A stretch of 64,000 bases of DNA from Candidatus Latescibacterota bacterium (GTDB lineage: Bacteria > Latescibacterota > UBA2968 > UBA8231): assembly GCA_965197905.1 (NCBI GenBank), contig CBDAOB010000004.1, positions 1,760,001-1,824,000 on the forward strand. Reading direction: 5' to 3'. Positions 38,972 through 49,623 of the stretch are shown piece after piece (position 1 is the first letter of the stretch; each line of letters opens with the position of its first letter). The notes under the pieces are model-generated. The model was given only the letters and a program-made list of their open reading frames with translations. It was not told the origin of the DNA and did not search any database. The position numbers and the translations under genes are program-made.

Positions 38972-40425
38972 GCCGGCCTGGCGCATTCAGGTACGCCGGG
39001 TCGATCCGGGTCATCGCGATCGGGCTTTGTGTAGGCGTCGGGCTGCTGCAATCGGCAGCGGCGGAAGCGCCGCCTGAGCTACAGTTGCTCAACACGCTAA
39101 GTCGGGCTTTCGGAGACGCCTACGAACGCGCGAAACCGGCGGTTGTGCTGATCAAAACGACGCCGGCAGGCGGCCATTGGCGCGAAGCCCTTCCTCCGTC
39201 TCACCCTCCCTTGCCCCCCGATTACGACGCTTCCGGTGTGGGCTCGGGGACCATCGTGCGCTCCGACGGCATTGTTCTCAGCAATTACCACGTGGTCCGG
39301 GACGCTGACTCGATCTCGGTCACTCTGGCCGATCGCCGGCAGGTGCCCGCCGAAGTGGTGGGATTCGACGCCTTGATCGACATCGCCGTACTGAAGGTGG
39401 ATCTTGCGGGTCTGCCCGTGGCCGTCATGGCGGATTCGGATCAGCTGGCCATTGGCGATTGGGTGCTGGCGATCGGGCATCCACTGGGAATGGGCACGAC
39501 GTTGACCCACGGCATCGTCAGCGCGTTGAACCGTCAGGTGGAGGTCATCGAAGGGGAGTACAGCATCGAGAGTTTTATTCAGACCAACGCCGTCATAAAC
39601 CCCGGCAATTCGGGAGGACCGCTGCTCGATCTGACCGGACGCGTGATCGGCATCAATACGGCGATCTCCACGCGCACGGGATACTTTATCGGTTACGGGT
39701 TGGCGGTCCCGGCCAATCTGGCGCGCGAAGCGATGGAGGATATCCTCACCCACGGACGGGTCGTCAGGGGATACCTCGGGGTGGAGATGACGGAGGTCTC
39801 ACAGGAGGTAATGCGAGAGAATCAGATGCAGCGGCCACGCGGCGTGCATTTACAATCGATACGCGGCGACACCCCTGCCGCGCGCGGGGGCCTTAGCGAA
39901 GGGGATATTCTGCTCAGCATAGACGGGTCTCCCGTCGATCGCCCCAATCAGGTGCAGACCTTGATCTACAGCCGGGATCCTGGAGAGTTGGTAACCCTCG
40001 AGATCATTCGTCAAGGAGAGTCGCGCCGGCTGTTGATCGAGCTCGGTGAGCGCGAAAGCGACCTCCAACGGGAGAGGGGCAAAGAGTACCTCTCGCTATT
40101 GGGAATGCAGGTCGAAAGCTTGAGTCCCCGGCGCGCCGCGGCACTGGGATTCAGCCAGGAGGTTGCCAGCCAGCTGCAGTACAACCACGGTGAAACAGCC
40201 GTCGTTGTGGCCGCTCTCGAGCCGAATGGCGAAGCCTCCTCCAAGGGTATTCGTCTGGGGGATGTAATCACCGACGTGGACCTGGAACGGGTCACCTCAT
40301 TGAGCCAGTTCCTGCGGTTGATTGCACAGCTGGAGCGGGAGCAAGCCGCCCTGTTCTGGTTGTGGCGCGCGGGAGAGGGAGTGAGCGTCAGGGCATTGCG
40401 CCCCGACCCGAGATCGCACCAATGA
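38968..40425 (+). CDS. HtrA/DegP-like serine protease with PDZ domains
   Basis: SNYHVV, DIAVLK, INPGNSGGPL, RGYLGV. Confidence 0.92.
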   Translation: MSRPGAFRYAGSIRVIAIGLCVGVGLLQSAAAEAPPELQLLNTLSRAFGDAYERAKPAVVLIKTTPAGGHWREALPPSHPPLPPDYDASGVGSGTIVRSDGIVLSNYHVVRDADSISVTLADRRQVPAEVVGFDALIDIAVLKVDLAGLPVAVMADSDQLAIGDWVLAIGHPLGMGTTLTHGIVSALNRQVEVIEGEYSIESFIQTNAVINPGNSGGPLLDLTGRVIGINTAISTRTGYFIGYGLAVPANLAREAMEDILTHGRVVRGYLGVEMTEVSQEVMRENQMQRPRGVHLQSIRGDTPAARGGLSEGDILLSIDGSPVDRPNQVQTLIYSRDPGELVTLEIIRQGESRRLLIELGERESDLQRERGKEYLSLLGMQVESLSPRRAAALGFSQEVASQLQYNHGETAVVVAALEPNGEASSKGIRLGDVITDVDLERVTSLSQFLRLIAQLEREQAALFWLWRAGEGVSVRALRPDPRSHQ

Positions 40426-41579
40426 GAAGAGAGACCGCCGCGCTAAGGGCGTTGGACGGTGCCGACGCCATCCTTCTCGTGGGCGCTTCCGAGTACCACG
40501 CCGACCTCTACTACGCGACGCGCTTCTTGGCACCGGACCCGTTCGCGTTCCTCGCCACCGCCGACCGGCGGGTAATGTTGGTCAACGACCTGGAGCTGGA
40601 CCGGGCTAAACTTCAAGCGACGGTCGACTCGGTCCACTCGCGAACGCGGTACGCCGCCATGGTGCGCCGCGAGAAGAATCGCGACCCGCAAGCGTTCGAG
40701 GTGCTGTTGCGGCTGCTGCAGGAAATGGAGCTGCAGCGGCTCTTGGTTCCGGAGGATTTTCCCATTGGCCTCGCCGATTCCCTACGCGCCCATGGGGTGG
40801 ACCTGGAGGTGGTTGAATCGCCCCTATTTCCGCAGCGCGCCGTCAAGTCAGCGACGGAGCTGGAGTACCTGCGACAAGCGATGGGCGCCGCGGAAAGGGC
40901 GATGCAAATGGCTATGGAGGTTCTAGCTGCGGCTGCGATACGCCACGGCCAGCTCTACCTGGACGATGAGGTGTTGACCTCCGAGCGCGTGCGCCACACG
41001 ATTCACCGCACCCTGTTGGAGGAAGAGTACGTAGCGGAGCGGACCATCGTGGCCTGTGGCGATGCGGCATGCGACCCGCACCAGGCGGGAAGCGGGCCGC
41101 TCTGGTCCGACCAACCGATCGTCATCGACATCTTCCCGCGGTCCGCGTCTCATGGCTATTTCGGCGATATCACCCGCACCGTCGTGAAGGGCCGCGCTAG
41201 CCTCGAGCTCAAGAAGGTTTACGATACCGTGGAAGCCGCGCAAAACCTGGTTTTCGACGCCGTCCGCGTCGGCGCCGACGGCGCTGCGATTCACCGGTCG
41301 GTTCTGGCATTTTTCACCGAAAGCGGCTATGAAACCGGCGTGCGCGATGGCCGCAACCAGGGTTTCTTCCACGGAACCGGCCACGGACTGGGTCTCGAGA
41401 TTCACGAAGCGCCGCGGATCAGCTCGGCTGGAGATCGGTTGGAGGCCTCGCATGTGGTCACGGTAGAGCCCGGATTGTACTACGCCGGGTTGGGCGGGGT
41501 CAGGCTCGAGGATGTAGTGGTCGTGGGTGACGACGGCTTCGAGAACCTCACCCATTTTCCCAAAGTGCTGGAACTCTAA
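40422..41579 (+). CDS. Xaa-Pro peptidase (M24)
   Basis: GDITRT, HGTGHGLGLEIHEAP, TVEPGLY, GVRLED. Confidence 0.93.
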   Translation: MRRETAALRALDGADAILLVGASEYHADLYYATRFLAPDPFAFLATADRRVMLVNDLELDRAKLQATVDSVHSRTRYAAMVRREKNRDPQAFEVLLRLLQEMELQRLLVPEDFPIGLADSLRAHGVDLEVVESPLFPQRAVKSATELEYLRQAMGAAERAMQMAMEVLAAAAIRHGQLYLDDEVLTSERVRHTIHRTLLEEEYVAERTIVACGDAACDPHQAGSGPLWSDQPIVIDIFPRSASHGYFGDITRTVVKGRASLELKKVYDTVEAAQNLVFDAVRVGADGAAIHRSVLAFFTESGYETGVRDGRNQGFFHGTGHGLGLEIHEAPRISSAGDRLEASHVVTVEPGLYYAGLGGVRLEDVVVVGDDGFENLTHFPKVLEL

Positions 41580-41614
41580 GAACCGCTCAGCTCTAACCAT
41601 CTCCTTCGCGTCAC

Positions 41615-42788
41615 GTGGAAACCATCAGCTCACAGGCCCTGGCGTACTTTCGCACCGACAGCGGCCAGCGGCTGCTGCGCCAAGCCGCTGACCAGACGAA
41701 GAGCTATTGGCACCTGCAGGAGAATCTGCGGCGGCATTTTCCTGCCGAGATGTGCCGTGCCGCTCTTTCACTGGTGGCTCTGCGAGAGAAGGCTGCGGCG
41801 AAGTTCTCACAGGCGGGACGCATGTTTTTTGACCGCGATGGCTTGGAGATGGCCTCGAGAAGAGCCCGCCGCCTACCGCGCCGCGCGCCTCGGCGCGGTC
41901 GGGGTCGTGATCGACCTCTGCTGCGGCATCGGCGGCGATCTGGTAGCGTTGGGAGAGCGCAATTGCGTCGTAGGCATCGATGTCAACCGAGCCCGTCTGC
42001 TGATGGGGCGCCTGAACGCCGAGGGGTTGGGTTTGGGCCAGGCCGCGTTCGCCGTGGCGGACGCAGATCGCCTCCGTCCCCGCGCAGACGCAGTGTTTCT
42101 AGATCCCGCCCGCCGCCACGAGCGGCGTCGTTCCAGGTTTGGATCCGACTACTCACCCAGTCTAGGTTTGGTGCACGAACTGCGTAGTCGCGTCGCCAAC
42201 CTGCTGGTAAAGGTGTCTCCGGCGGTTCCCGAATCCGACCTGGAAGGCGCCGACGAAGTTAATTTTATCTCGACCCGTGGACAGTGCCGGGAGGCGGTAC
42301 TCTACTTCGGCCCGCGGGCTCGCGGCGGACGCAGCGCCGTCATACTCCCGGGCCCCCATGTATTGGAGGCCACCGACTCGCAGCCAGAGGTCGAAGTGGC
42401 GCCGGCAGGAGCGTATCTCTACGATCCGGACCCTGCCGTGGTCAGGGCCCATGTGGTGCAGGAGCTGGCCCTCCAGCTGGATGCCTGGAAGCTGAGCTCG
42501 TTCAGCGCCTACCTCAGCGGCGAACGCGAGGTGCATTCGCCGTTCGCCCGGACCTACGCGGTGCTGGAGTGTCTCCCGTACAACCGCAAACGACTGCCGC
42601 AACACCTCGCCGCACAAGGCATGTACGCCCTCGAGATCAAGAAGCGGAACGTGGCTCTCGATGCGGCGGAAGAGCTGCGACAGCTCAAGGCAGCCAACGG
42701 AGAGGTTCCCGTCTCACTGGTGCTCGAACGCTCCAAACGCGGGATCGTTGTGCTCATTTGCCAAAGGATCCACAATTCAGCAGATTAA
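41615..42788 (+). CDS. THUMP-like class I SAM methyltransferase; frameshift near 41855
   Basis: LREKAAAKF..LEMAS joined to REEPAAYRA..DLCCGIGGD..FLDPARR..YLYDPDPAVVRA. Confidence 0.8.
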
Positions 42789-42830
42789 TTTCGGCACTGG
42801 CTAGTTAATGTCCCGCGTTACAGGAAACCT

Positions 42831-43265
42831 ATGGCACAATCGAAATTCGTTCTAGGAGGCGCCGTGATCGGCGCCGGATTGATCTACCTCATGGTGGCCG
42901 GATTCCAGCAATCATCCGCCTCGCACATGACGTTGGCCACCTTCGCCGAACGTGCTCACTCCCTCCAAGGCAAGCGCTTGCAGATAGGCGGGTGTTCGGT
43001 AGTGTCGGGATCCATCGAGTGGGACGAATATCGTCACCGTCCCCAGTTCAAGGTTGCCGACGATCAACACTCCTTGCAGGTACGCTACACCGGCAATGCG
43101 GTGCTACCCGACACCTTCAAGGACGAGGCTCTGGTGGTTATGGAGGGGTATTACGATCCGACCGCGCACCAGTTCGAAGCCAAGGTCGTGTTCGCCAAAT
43201 GCCCATCCAAGTACGAGGGCGAAGATTACGAAGACCACGTTGTCGCTCTGAACGCCGGAGGCTAA
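42831..43265 (+). CDS. ccmE: Cytochrome c maturation heme chaperone CcmE (CxxxY type)
   Basis: N-terminal TM, LPDTFKD, AKCPSKY. Confidence 0.92.
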   Translation: MAQSKFVLGGAVIGAGLIYLMVAGFQQSSASHMTLATFAERAHSLQGKRLQIGGCSVVSGSIEWDEYRHRPQFKVADDQHSLQVRYTGNAVLPDTFKDEALVVMEGYYDPTAHQFEAKVVFAKCPSKYEGEDYEDHVVALNAGG

Positions 43266-43271
43266 TCGGCG

Positions 43272-45263
43272 TTGGGCGCCGTTGACCTGGGGTACTTCGC
43301 TCTCTGCCTGGCGCTGGTGAGTGCCGGATATTCCGTCGCCGCCTGCGTCGTTGGTGCCCGGCGTCAGAACTACCCGCTGATCCTCAGCGGTGAGCACGCG
43401 GCCCTCGCCCACTGTGGGTTGCTTACTGTATCCGTGTTGGCATTGTGGGGAGCTTTGTTCGCCCACGACTTCCAAGTACAATACGTAGCCGAAACCAGCA
43501 ATCGCGCGATGCCGCCTTTCTACATCATGGCCGCGTTATGGGGTGGGCAAAACGGATCGCTGTTGTTCTGGGGGTGGCTGCTGTCGGTTTACACAGCTTT
43601 AGTGGTGTTGTTCCATCGCCGCAGACAGCGAGAGCTGATGCCCTACGTCGTTGCCACTTTGGTGGCAACCGGTTTCTTCTTCGTGCTGTTGAATCTCTTT
43701 GCCGCCGATCCGTTTAAACGACTGCCGTTTGCCCCCGAGGACGGCCGCGGTTTGAATCCTTTGTTGCAGCATCCGATGATGGCCATCCACCCTCCCATGC
43801 TCTACCTGGGCATGGTAGGTATGACTGTTCCGTATGCGTTCGGCATGGCAGCCCTGGCGACCCGGCGCTTGGACAACAGCTGGCTGCGGCCCGCTCGTCG
43901 CTGGATGCTTATTCCGTGGACCTTCTTGGGTGCCGGTCTGTTGCTGGGAGGAAATTGGGCTTACGTGGAGTTGGGATGGGGTGGTTACTGGGGTTGGGAT
44001 CCGGTGGAGAACTCCTCTCTCATGCCGTGGCTGGTCGGCACTGCGTTTCTGCACTCCATTATGGTTCAAGAGCGCAAGGGTATGTTGAAGATCTGGAACA
44101 TGGTGTTGGTCATTACGGCGTATTCCCTGTGCATATTCGGCACCTTCTTGACGCGCAGCGGCATGATTTCCTCGGTTCATGCGTTTGCCCGATCGAACAT
44201 CGGTCCGTTCTTCGCGACCTTTCTCGTGCTCATCCTGGTGTTTTCGCTGGCTCTGTTGTGGAGCCGTCGGAACGAGCTTCAGGCGACCAACCGGCTCGAG
44301 TCCTTCTCGTCCCGCGAAACGGCGTTCCTGCTCAACAACTGGGTGCTCCTGGGAATCTGCTTCGCCGTCTTCTGGGGCACCATGTTTCCGCTGATCTCCG
44401 AGGCGTTTTCGGGCCAGCAAGTTACCGTCGGCGCGGTCTTCTTCAATCAGGTGATCGTGCCCATTGGCCTGGTGTTGTTGTTACTTACCGGAATCGGACC
44501 GTTGTTTGCGTGGCGGCGCACCTCCAACACCAGTCTTCGCAAGAACTTTGCAACCCCGGTGGTCACCACCGCAGTGGTGGCGATGATTGCGTTTCTGGCG
44601 GGCGCCCGCGGGTTCTACGCCCTGACCTCCATCGCTCTTTGCGGTTTTGTGCTGGCGACGGTGGGGGTTGAATTCCACCGCGGCACCCTGGCTCGGCAAA
44701 GCGGCTCTGCAGAGCCTTACCTTCTTGCTCTCTTCCGGCTCGCCAGCAAGGGCAGGCGCCGCTACGGTGGCTATCTTGTTCACGTGTCGGTCGTCATGCT
44801 GTTTGTGGGGTTTACCGGAAGCGCGTTCACCACGGAGAGAGAGTTGGTGCTGGAGCCCGGTGAATCGGCCCAGATTCGGGGATATACCCTTACCTACGAT
44901 GCTCTTGCCCACAGCGAGGACGGCAACAAATCAGTTCACGCCGCCGCTTTGAGCCTCGAGAAGGGCGGCGCCTTTCTTACTACCTTGCTGCCGGCTCGGC
45001 ACTTCTACAAGAGCATGGAACAGTGGACCACCGAGGTCTCGGTGCACGGAAGTTTGAGGGAAGACTTCTACCTGATAATGGTTGGGTGGTCGGACGACAA
45101 CAGTGCCAAGTTTCAGGTCTATATCAACCCCCTCGTCAACTGGGTGTGGGCGGGGGGAATCGCCTTCGTGCTGGGTTCGCTGTGGAGCATGTGGCCCACC
45201 GGACGCGATCGGCGCATGGCTGCTTTCGATCGCGAGACCTCGGGCGTGGTCTCCGCCGCCTGA
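43272..45263 (+). CDS. ccmF: Heme lyase CcmF
   Basis: WGGQNGSLL, GLNPLL, IHPP, WGGYWGWDPVEN, LTRSG..SSVHAF. Confidence 0.95.
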   Translation: MGAVDLGYFALCLALVSAGYSVAACVVGARRQNYPLILSGEHAALAHCGLLTVSVLALWGALFAHDFQVQYVAETSNRAMPPFYIMAALWGGQNGSLLFWGWLLSVYTALVVLFHRRRQRELMPYVVATLVATGFFFVLLNLFAADPFKRLPFAPEDGRGLNPLLQHPMMAIHPPMLYLGMVGMTVPYAFGMAALATRRLDNSWLRPARRWMLIPWTFLGAGLLLGGNWAYVELGWGGYWGWDPVENSSLMPWLVGTAFLHSIMVQERKGMLKIWNMVLVITAYSLCIFGTFLTRSGMISSVHAFARSNIGPFFATFLVLILVFSLALLWSRRNELQATNRLESFSSRETAFLLNNWVLLGICFAVFWGTMFPLISEAFSGQQVTVGAVFFNQVIVPIGLVLLLLTGIGPLFAWRRTSNTSLRKNFATPVVTTAVVAMIAFLAGARGFYALTSIALCGFVLATVGVEFHRGTLARQSGSAEPYLLALFRLASKGRRRYGGYLVHVSVVMLFVGFTGSAFTTERELVLEPGESAQIRGYTLTYDALAHSEDGNKSVHAAALSLEKGGAFLTTLLPARHFYKSMEQWTTEVSVHGSLREDFYLIMVGWSDDNSAKFQVYINPLVNWVWAGGIAFVLGSLWSMWPTGRDRRMAAFDRETSGVVSAA

Positions 45264-45265
45264 TT

Positions 45266-45748
45266 GTGGGGGAGTTGTCACCTAGAATCGCGATTTCAAT
45301 GCTGTTGCTCGCGTTCGCCTGCCCGTGGGCGCAGGGGGCAACTTCCGAAGAAACCAAGAGTATCGCCCGCGACTTGGTTTGCCTGTGCGGAGATTGCAAT
45401 CGCGAATCACTCGCTACCTGCCAGTGTGGTTTCGCGGCCGACCGGCGAGCCGAGATCGGCGATGCGCTCGACCGCGGTCGCAGCGCCACGGATGTCGTGG
45501 CGCAGTTCGTCGAAACCCACGGCCAGATCGTCCTCGCCACCCCTCCACCAAAGGGGTACAACCTGCTCGCCTGGATCACCCCTTTTGCCATCATGGTGCT
45601 GGCGGCGGCACTGCTGCGTTCCGTTCTCGTCAATTGGAAGCGGGGCAAGCTGGCCCGTCCCGTTCCCCCACCGCCTGACCAATCGACCAGCGATCGCGAC
45701 GACACTATCCAGCAGCGTTTGCGAGAAGAGTTGCGGGATTTCGATTGA
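45266..45748 (+). CDS. ccmH: Cytochrome c biogenesis CcmH/CcmL-like protein
   Basis: LVCLCGDC...CQCG, G..VLATPP.KGYNLLAWI; follows ccmF. Confidence 0.8.
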   Translation: MGELSPRIAISMLLLAFACPWAQGATSEETKSIARDLVCLCGDCNRESLATCQCGFAADRRAEIGDALDRGRSATDVVAQFVETHGQIVLATPPPKGYNLLAWITPFAIMVLAAALLRSVLVNWKRGKLARPVPPPPDQSTSDRDDTIQQRLREELRDFD

Positions 45749-46200
45749 TGTCGACGATGGATCTCATCACTACCGCCGGCGCCACCGTTCTTCTGTTGGC
45801 GGTGGTGTTTTATATTGCACTGCCGCTGGTGGCTTCCCGGGGCCGTCTTCTTCGCCAAGCCAGTGGCGCTCGAGTGCGGCAACTGACGGAACAGAAGGAG
45901 CAACTCTACGCCACCATCAAGGAGCTCGAGTTCGACCGCCAGTTGGGCAAGCTGTTGGAAACAGATTACCTGCGACTGCGCGAAGACGTGGAGCAGCAAG
46001 CAATTGAGGTCCTGCACGTCCTGGATCAGCTCAACGGGGGGCCCTCCCACCTTGAGTTGCTGGAGAACCTTGAAAAGGAGATTCTCCAACGCCGCGTGGG
46101 GTCTGCACCGCCGGTCTGTCCGACTTGTGCGATCCCCGTGCATCCCAACGACCTTTTCTGTTCACGGTGTGGCGCCCGTTTGGTGGCTCAGCCGAAGTGA
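45748..46200 (+). CDS. CcmI-like membrane protein with C-terminal zinc ribbon
   Basis: TM, IKELEFD..LGKL..DY, CPTC...FCSRCG. Confidence 0.75.
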   Translation: MSTMDLITTAGATVLLLAVVFYIALPLVASRGRLLRQASGARVRQLTEQKEQLYATIKELEFDRQLGKLLETDYLRLREDVEQQAIEVLHVLDQLNGGPSHLELLENLEKEILQRRVGSAPPVCPTCAIPVHPNDLFCSRCGARLVAQPK

Positions 46201-47291
46201 CCCGCCTCCGACCTGCCGTGCTCGCAGCGTTTGCCCTGGCGATTGCTGCGCTCTCCACGGCGCGGGCAGACCGGGTCAACGGTTACGTGATCGACGGCAA
46301 CACCGGAACTCGTCTGCCGGGGGTAGAGGTGGCGTTTCTGGTTACCCAGGAAGGACAGACCAGCGAAATACTGCGCAAACCCAGCGATGGCGACGGTCGA
46401 TTCTCGTTTTCCGGACCGTTTATCACGCCCGGTCTTGAGTTCGCGCTCCTGGCCATCTACGGAGACGCCTCCTACCCGACGACCAAACTCTTTGCCGGCA
46501 ACCAAAAGCAGATCATCCTGGAGGTCTTCGATTCGACGGACAAGCCCGCCGAGATCCGCATAGCCAACTACCACCTTTTTCTGCATCTGCAAGAGTCGAA
46601 TCTGGAAGTCGGCAATCTCGTCGAAATGGAGAATCGCGGCGACAAGACCTTCAGTGGCTCCGGCCTGGGGATCGACCGGCGGGTGACGGAATTCGAGCTC
46701 CCGGCAGGGTTGTTCAACCTCACGGGCAACCTCCGCCAGGTTGGAAGCAACCTGTTCGTCGACCACCAGCCACTGCCTCCGGGACGAACCCAACTTTCGT
46801 TCACGTATCTGGTCAACACGCAGGAGCTAGTTGACGGCTTCCCGTTCGCGTCGCGTTACGTAACGGAAGCGCTAAACATATACCTCCAGCCCAGTTCCCT
46901 GTCTCTGGGAGAGCCGTTCCAGGACCTGGGCGAAGTCGAGTTTCACGACACCCGATACCGCCGGCTTCACCTGCACGGGGTACAACCCGGCCAGTCCGTC
47001 CTGATTCCACTGCCTTTGTCCAAACCGCTGCGTTGGTTGATCAAATGGGCGACGCTGGCGGTAGCGGTGCTGGGCGCGGCGTTGGCTGCAATCTTTGCCC
47101 GGTCACCCTCATCGGTGGAAGCCGAGCCGGCCGCACTAACCGCCCGGCTGGAGGGGTTGCTCGATCAGCTCGCCCGGCTGGACGACGAGAACGCGTCGGT
47201 ACCTGACGATCCGAAATACCGACAGGAAAGAGCGGCTCGCATGGGAGAAGCGGTGGATCTGCGCCGCCGGCTCGACCGACCGACGGGATGA
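46197..47291 (+). CDS. Hypothetical membrane-anchored protein with carboxypeptidase-regulatory-like domain (ccm-associated)
   Basis: Signal peptide, G.V.DG.TG..LPG and SDGDGRFSF, C-terminal TM plus LARLDD motif. Confidence 0.65.
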   Translation: MTRLRPAVLAAFALAIAALSTARADRVNGYVIDGNTGTRLPGVEVAFLVTQEGQTSEILRKPSDGDGRFSFSGPFITPGLEFALLAIYGDASYPTTKLFAGNQKQIILEVFDSTDKPAEIRIANYHLFLHLQESNLEVGNLVEMENRGDKTFSGSGLGIDRRVTEFELPAGLFNLTGNLRQVGSNLFVDHQPLPPGRTQLSFTYLVNTQELVDGFPFASRYVTEALNIYLQPSSLSLGEPFQDLGEVEFHDTRYRRLHLHGVQPGQSVLIPLPLSKPLRWLIKWATLAVAVLGAALAAIFARSPSSVEAEPAALTARLEGLLDQLARLDDENASVPDDPKYRQERAARMGEAVDLRRRLDRPTG

Positions 47292-48001
47292 GCGCGGCCG
47301 CGGTAGAGCTCGAGGGCGTCGAAAAACGGTTCGGCGCGTTTTGTTCCCTGCACGCGCTCGACCTGAGCCTGCAGCCGAGCAGCTTCCTGCTGGTGGCCGG
47401 TCCCAACGGCGCCGGAAAAACGACCCTCTTGCGCCTCATGGCCGGTCTCGCGCGGGCGACCGCCGGACGTGTCCTCGTTCACGGGGAGGATCCGACGCGA
47501 TCCGGGCTTGCCCGCGCCTCGGTGGGTTGGCTATCGCATCAGTCGCTGCTCTACGATCACCTGACGGCCGCGGAGAACCTCTCCTTTTTCGCGCGTTTGT
47601 ACCAGCTGGACGATCGCTCCGACCGGGTGCGGGATGCGCTGGCGGCATCTGGACTGGAATCCAGAGAGGACAGTCGGGTTAGGACCTTCTCCAGAGGCAT
47701 GAAACAGCGTCTGGCTTTGGCCCGGGCGACGCTCCACAATCCCTCCATCCTGCTGTTCGACGAACCATATACGGGGCTCGATCAGCACGCCGCCGCGGCG
47801 CTGACGGCAAACCTTCAAACACAGCGGCAGTTAGAGCGCACTTGCGTTCTGGTGACTCACAGACCGGAGGTGGCGGTGGACTTGGTGAACCAGATCCTCA
47901 TTCTGCGCGAGGGACGTGTCAGCCACCTGGGCACCTGGTCTGGCGGTACCCAGCGTGAGCTGGGTGAGCTGTACCGCCAACAAACGCGGCAAACAACGTG
48001 A
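47288..48001 (+). CDS. ccmA: Heme ABC exporter ATP-binding protein
   Basis: GPNGAGKTT, FSRGMKQR, LFDEP; ccm context. Confidence 0.9.
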   Translation: MSAAAVELEGVEKRFGAFCSLHALDLSLQPSSFLLVAGPNGAGKTTLLRLMAGLARATAGRVLVHGEDPTRSGLARASVGWLSHQSLLYDHLTAAENLSFFARLYQLDDRSDRVRDALAASGLESREDSRVRTFSRGMKQRLALARATLHNPSILLFDEPYTGLDQHAAAALTANLQTQRQLERTCVLVTHRPEVAVDLVNQILILREGRVSHLGTWSGGTQRELGELYRQQTRQTT

Positions 48002-48675
48002 ACTTCCACAATCAGGCGCTGGTGATCCTGCATAAGGATTTGCTCTCGGAGTGGCGAACCAAGGAACGTCTCAGCCCGATGGCGTTTTTTGTGTTGTTGG
48101 TTCTGCTGGTATTTAACTTTTCGTTCGAGCTGGGCGGTGCCGCCATGCACGAAATCGGCCCGGGAGTACTGTGGTCCTCTTTTGTTTTTGCCAGCCTCCT
48201 GGGCTTGCACCGAACCTTTGCCGAGGAATACGAGAGCGGATGTATCGATGGGTTGCTGGCGGCGCCAGGTGAACGTAGCGGCTTGTACCTGGGGAAAATG
48301 TTGGGCAATCTGGTCTTCCTGCTGGTGGTGGAACTCATGAGCCTGCCGTTCTTTGCTCTGTTCTTCAATCTCACTCCGGGGCTGTTTCTCATGCCCCTGC
48401 TGGTGGTGTTCGTCCTGGGGGCGGCGAGCTTGGCCGGCGTAGGCACCCTGTTCGCCGCCCTGTCGTGCAACATGCGCTTGCGCGAACTGCTGTTGCCACT
48501 GCTGTTGATACCCATGGTCCTCCCAGCCCTGATCGCTTGCATCGAAGCGACCCGACTGGTATTGCAGCAGCGTCCGTTTTTGGATCTTGTCCCGCACCTG
48601 CAGATCCTCGTTGTGTACGTGGTTGTTTTTGTTACACTGTCCCTGATTTTGTTCGAATTCATTATAGAGGAATAA
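47998..48675 (+). CDS. ccmB: Heme exporter permease
   Basis: KDLLSEWR, RELLLPLLLIP, six TM helices. Confidence 0.9.
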   Translation: MNFHNQALVILHKDLLSEWRTKERLSPMAFFVLLVLLVFNFSFELGGAAMHEIGPGVLWSSFVFASLLGLHRTFAEEYESGCIDGLLAAPGERSGLYLGKMLGNLVFLLVVELMSLPFFALFFNLTPGLFLMPLLVVFVLGAASLAGVGTLFAALSCNMRLRELLLPLLLIPMVLPALIACIEATRLVLQQRPFLDLVPHLQILVVYVVVFVTLSLILFEFIIEE

Positions 48676-49420
48676 TGGATCTGCGATTCACAGCGGTTAC
48701 CTACGCAATAGCCTTGGTTGCGCGACCGTTGGTGGGCTTGGTATTCGCTTGTCTCAAACCACGTCGCTTCGACGCGGCCCTGTTGTTGATCATGATGGTG
48801 GGCGCACTCTATGCCGTGTTTGTCTACGCCCCCACCGAACGCGAGATGGGCATCGTCCAACGCATCTACTACTTCCACGTTCCCTCTGCGATTTCGGCCG
48901 CCCTTGCCTTCTTCATCGTCTTCCTCAGCAGCATTCATTACTTGTGGAAGCGCGAAGAGCGGTTCGACGCCTTGGCCCACAGCGCGGCAGAGGTCGGGGT
49001 TCTGTTCTCCACTATCGTTCTGGTCACAGACCGATATGGGCCAAGCCGATTTGGGGCGTCTTCTGGCGTTGGGAGCCGCGCTTGACGACGATGTTGATTC
49101 TGTTCACCATGTATGTCGCCTATCTAATGGTAAGGGCCTACGGCGCGCAGACAGAGCAAACGCACCGTTTTGCAGCTGTGTTGGGCATTTTGAGTTTCGT
49201 AAACGTGCCACTGGTTCAGTACTCCGTTCGCCTCTGGTCCCCCGAACAGCAACTCCATCCGATCGAGGTGGTGTTGGACCCCCGCATGGCGCACGTCCGC
49301 ACGGTTAGTTACTTGGCCGTATTTCTGCTCCTGCGATTCTTGCTGCAGCGCAGGTTTGCATTGGAACAGATGCAACGGACCCTCTCCAGATTGCGCCAAC
49401 AACATGAACATTTAAGCTGA
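48675..49420 (+). CDS. ccmC: Heme exporter CcmC; -1 frameshift near 49029
   Basis: QRIYYFHVPSA ... LVT|(G)PIWAKPIWGVFWRWEPRLT ... LHP. Confidence 0.9.
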
Positions 49421-49437
49421 CTCAAGGAGTATCGGCG

Positions 49438-49587
49438 ATGGAAGCACTTCCGACCCATTTCCCCTACCTGTTCGCCGCGTATACGGCGATCTGGTTGGTG
49501 TTATTTGGCTACTTGCTTCGTCTTTTGCGCAAGGAGAAGGACCTTCGTGCTCAGCTTGACGCCTTAGTCGCGGAACTAGAAAAATAG
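49438..49587 (+). CDS. ccmD: CcmD family small protein (49 aa, not in ORF track)
   Basis: MEALPTHFPYLFAAYTAIWLVLFGYLLRLLRKEKDLRAQLDALVAELEK; AAGGAG RBS; follows ccmC. Confidence 0.85.
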   Translation: MEALPTHFPYLFAAYTAIWLVLFGYLLRLLRKEKDLRAQLDALVAELEK

Positions 49588-49623
49588 AACGCGCAAAGAC
49601 CGGGTGCGCTCGCCAATAGTTAG

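Noticed and set aside
36747..49420. Frameshifts in crp (37099-37103), the THUMP methyltransferase (~41855) and ccmC (~49029), also at 24460 and 20711, as programmed frameshifting, phase variation or pseudogenes
   Set aside because: All are 1-2 bp indels in short homopolymer or dinucleotide contexts within otherwise intact conserved genes, so consensus error is the simplest explanation. Raw reads are needed to decide.
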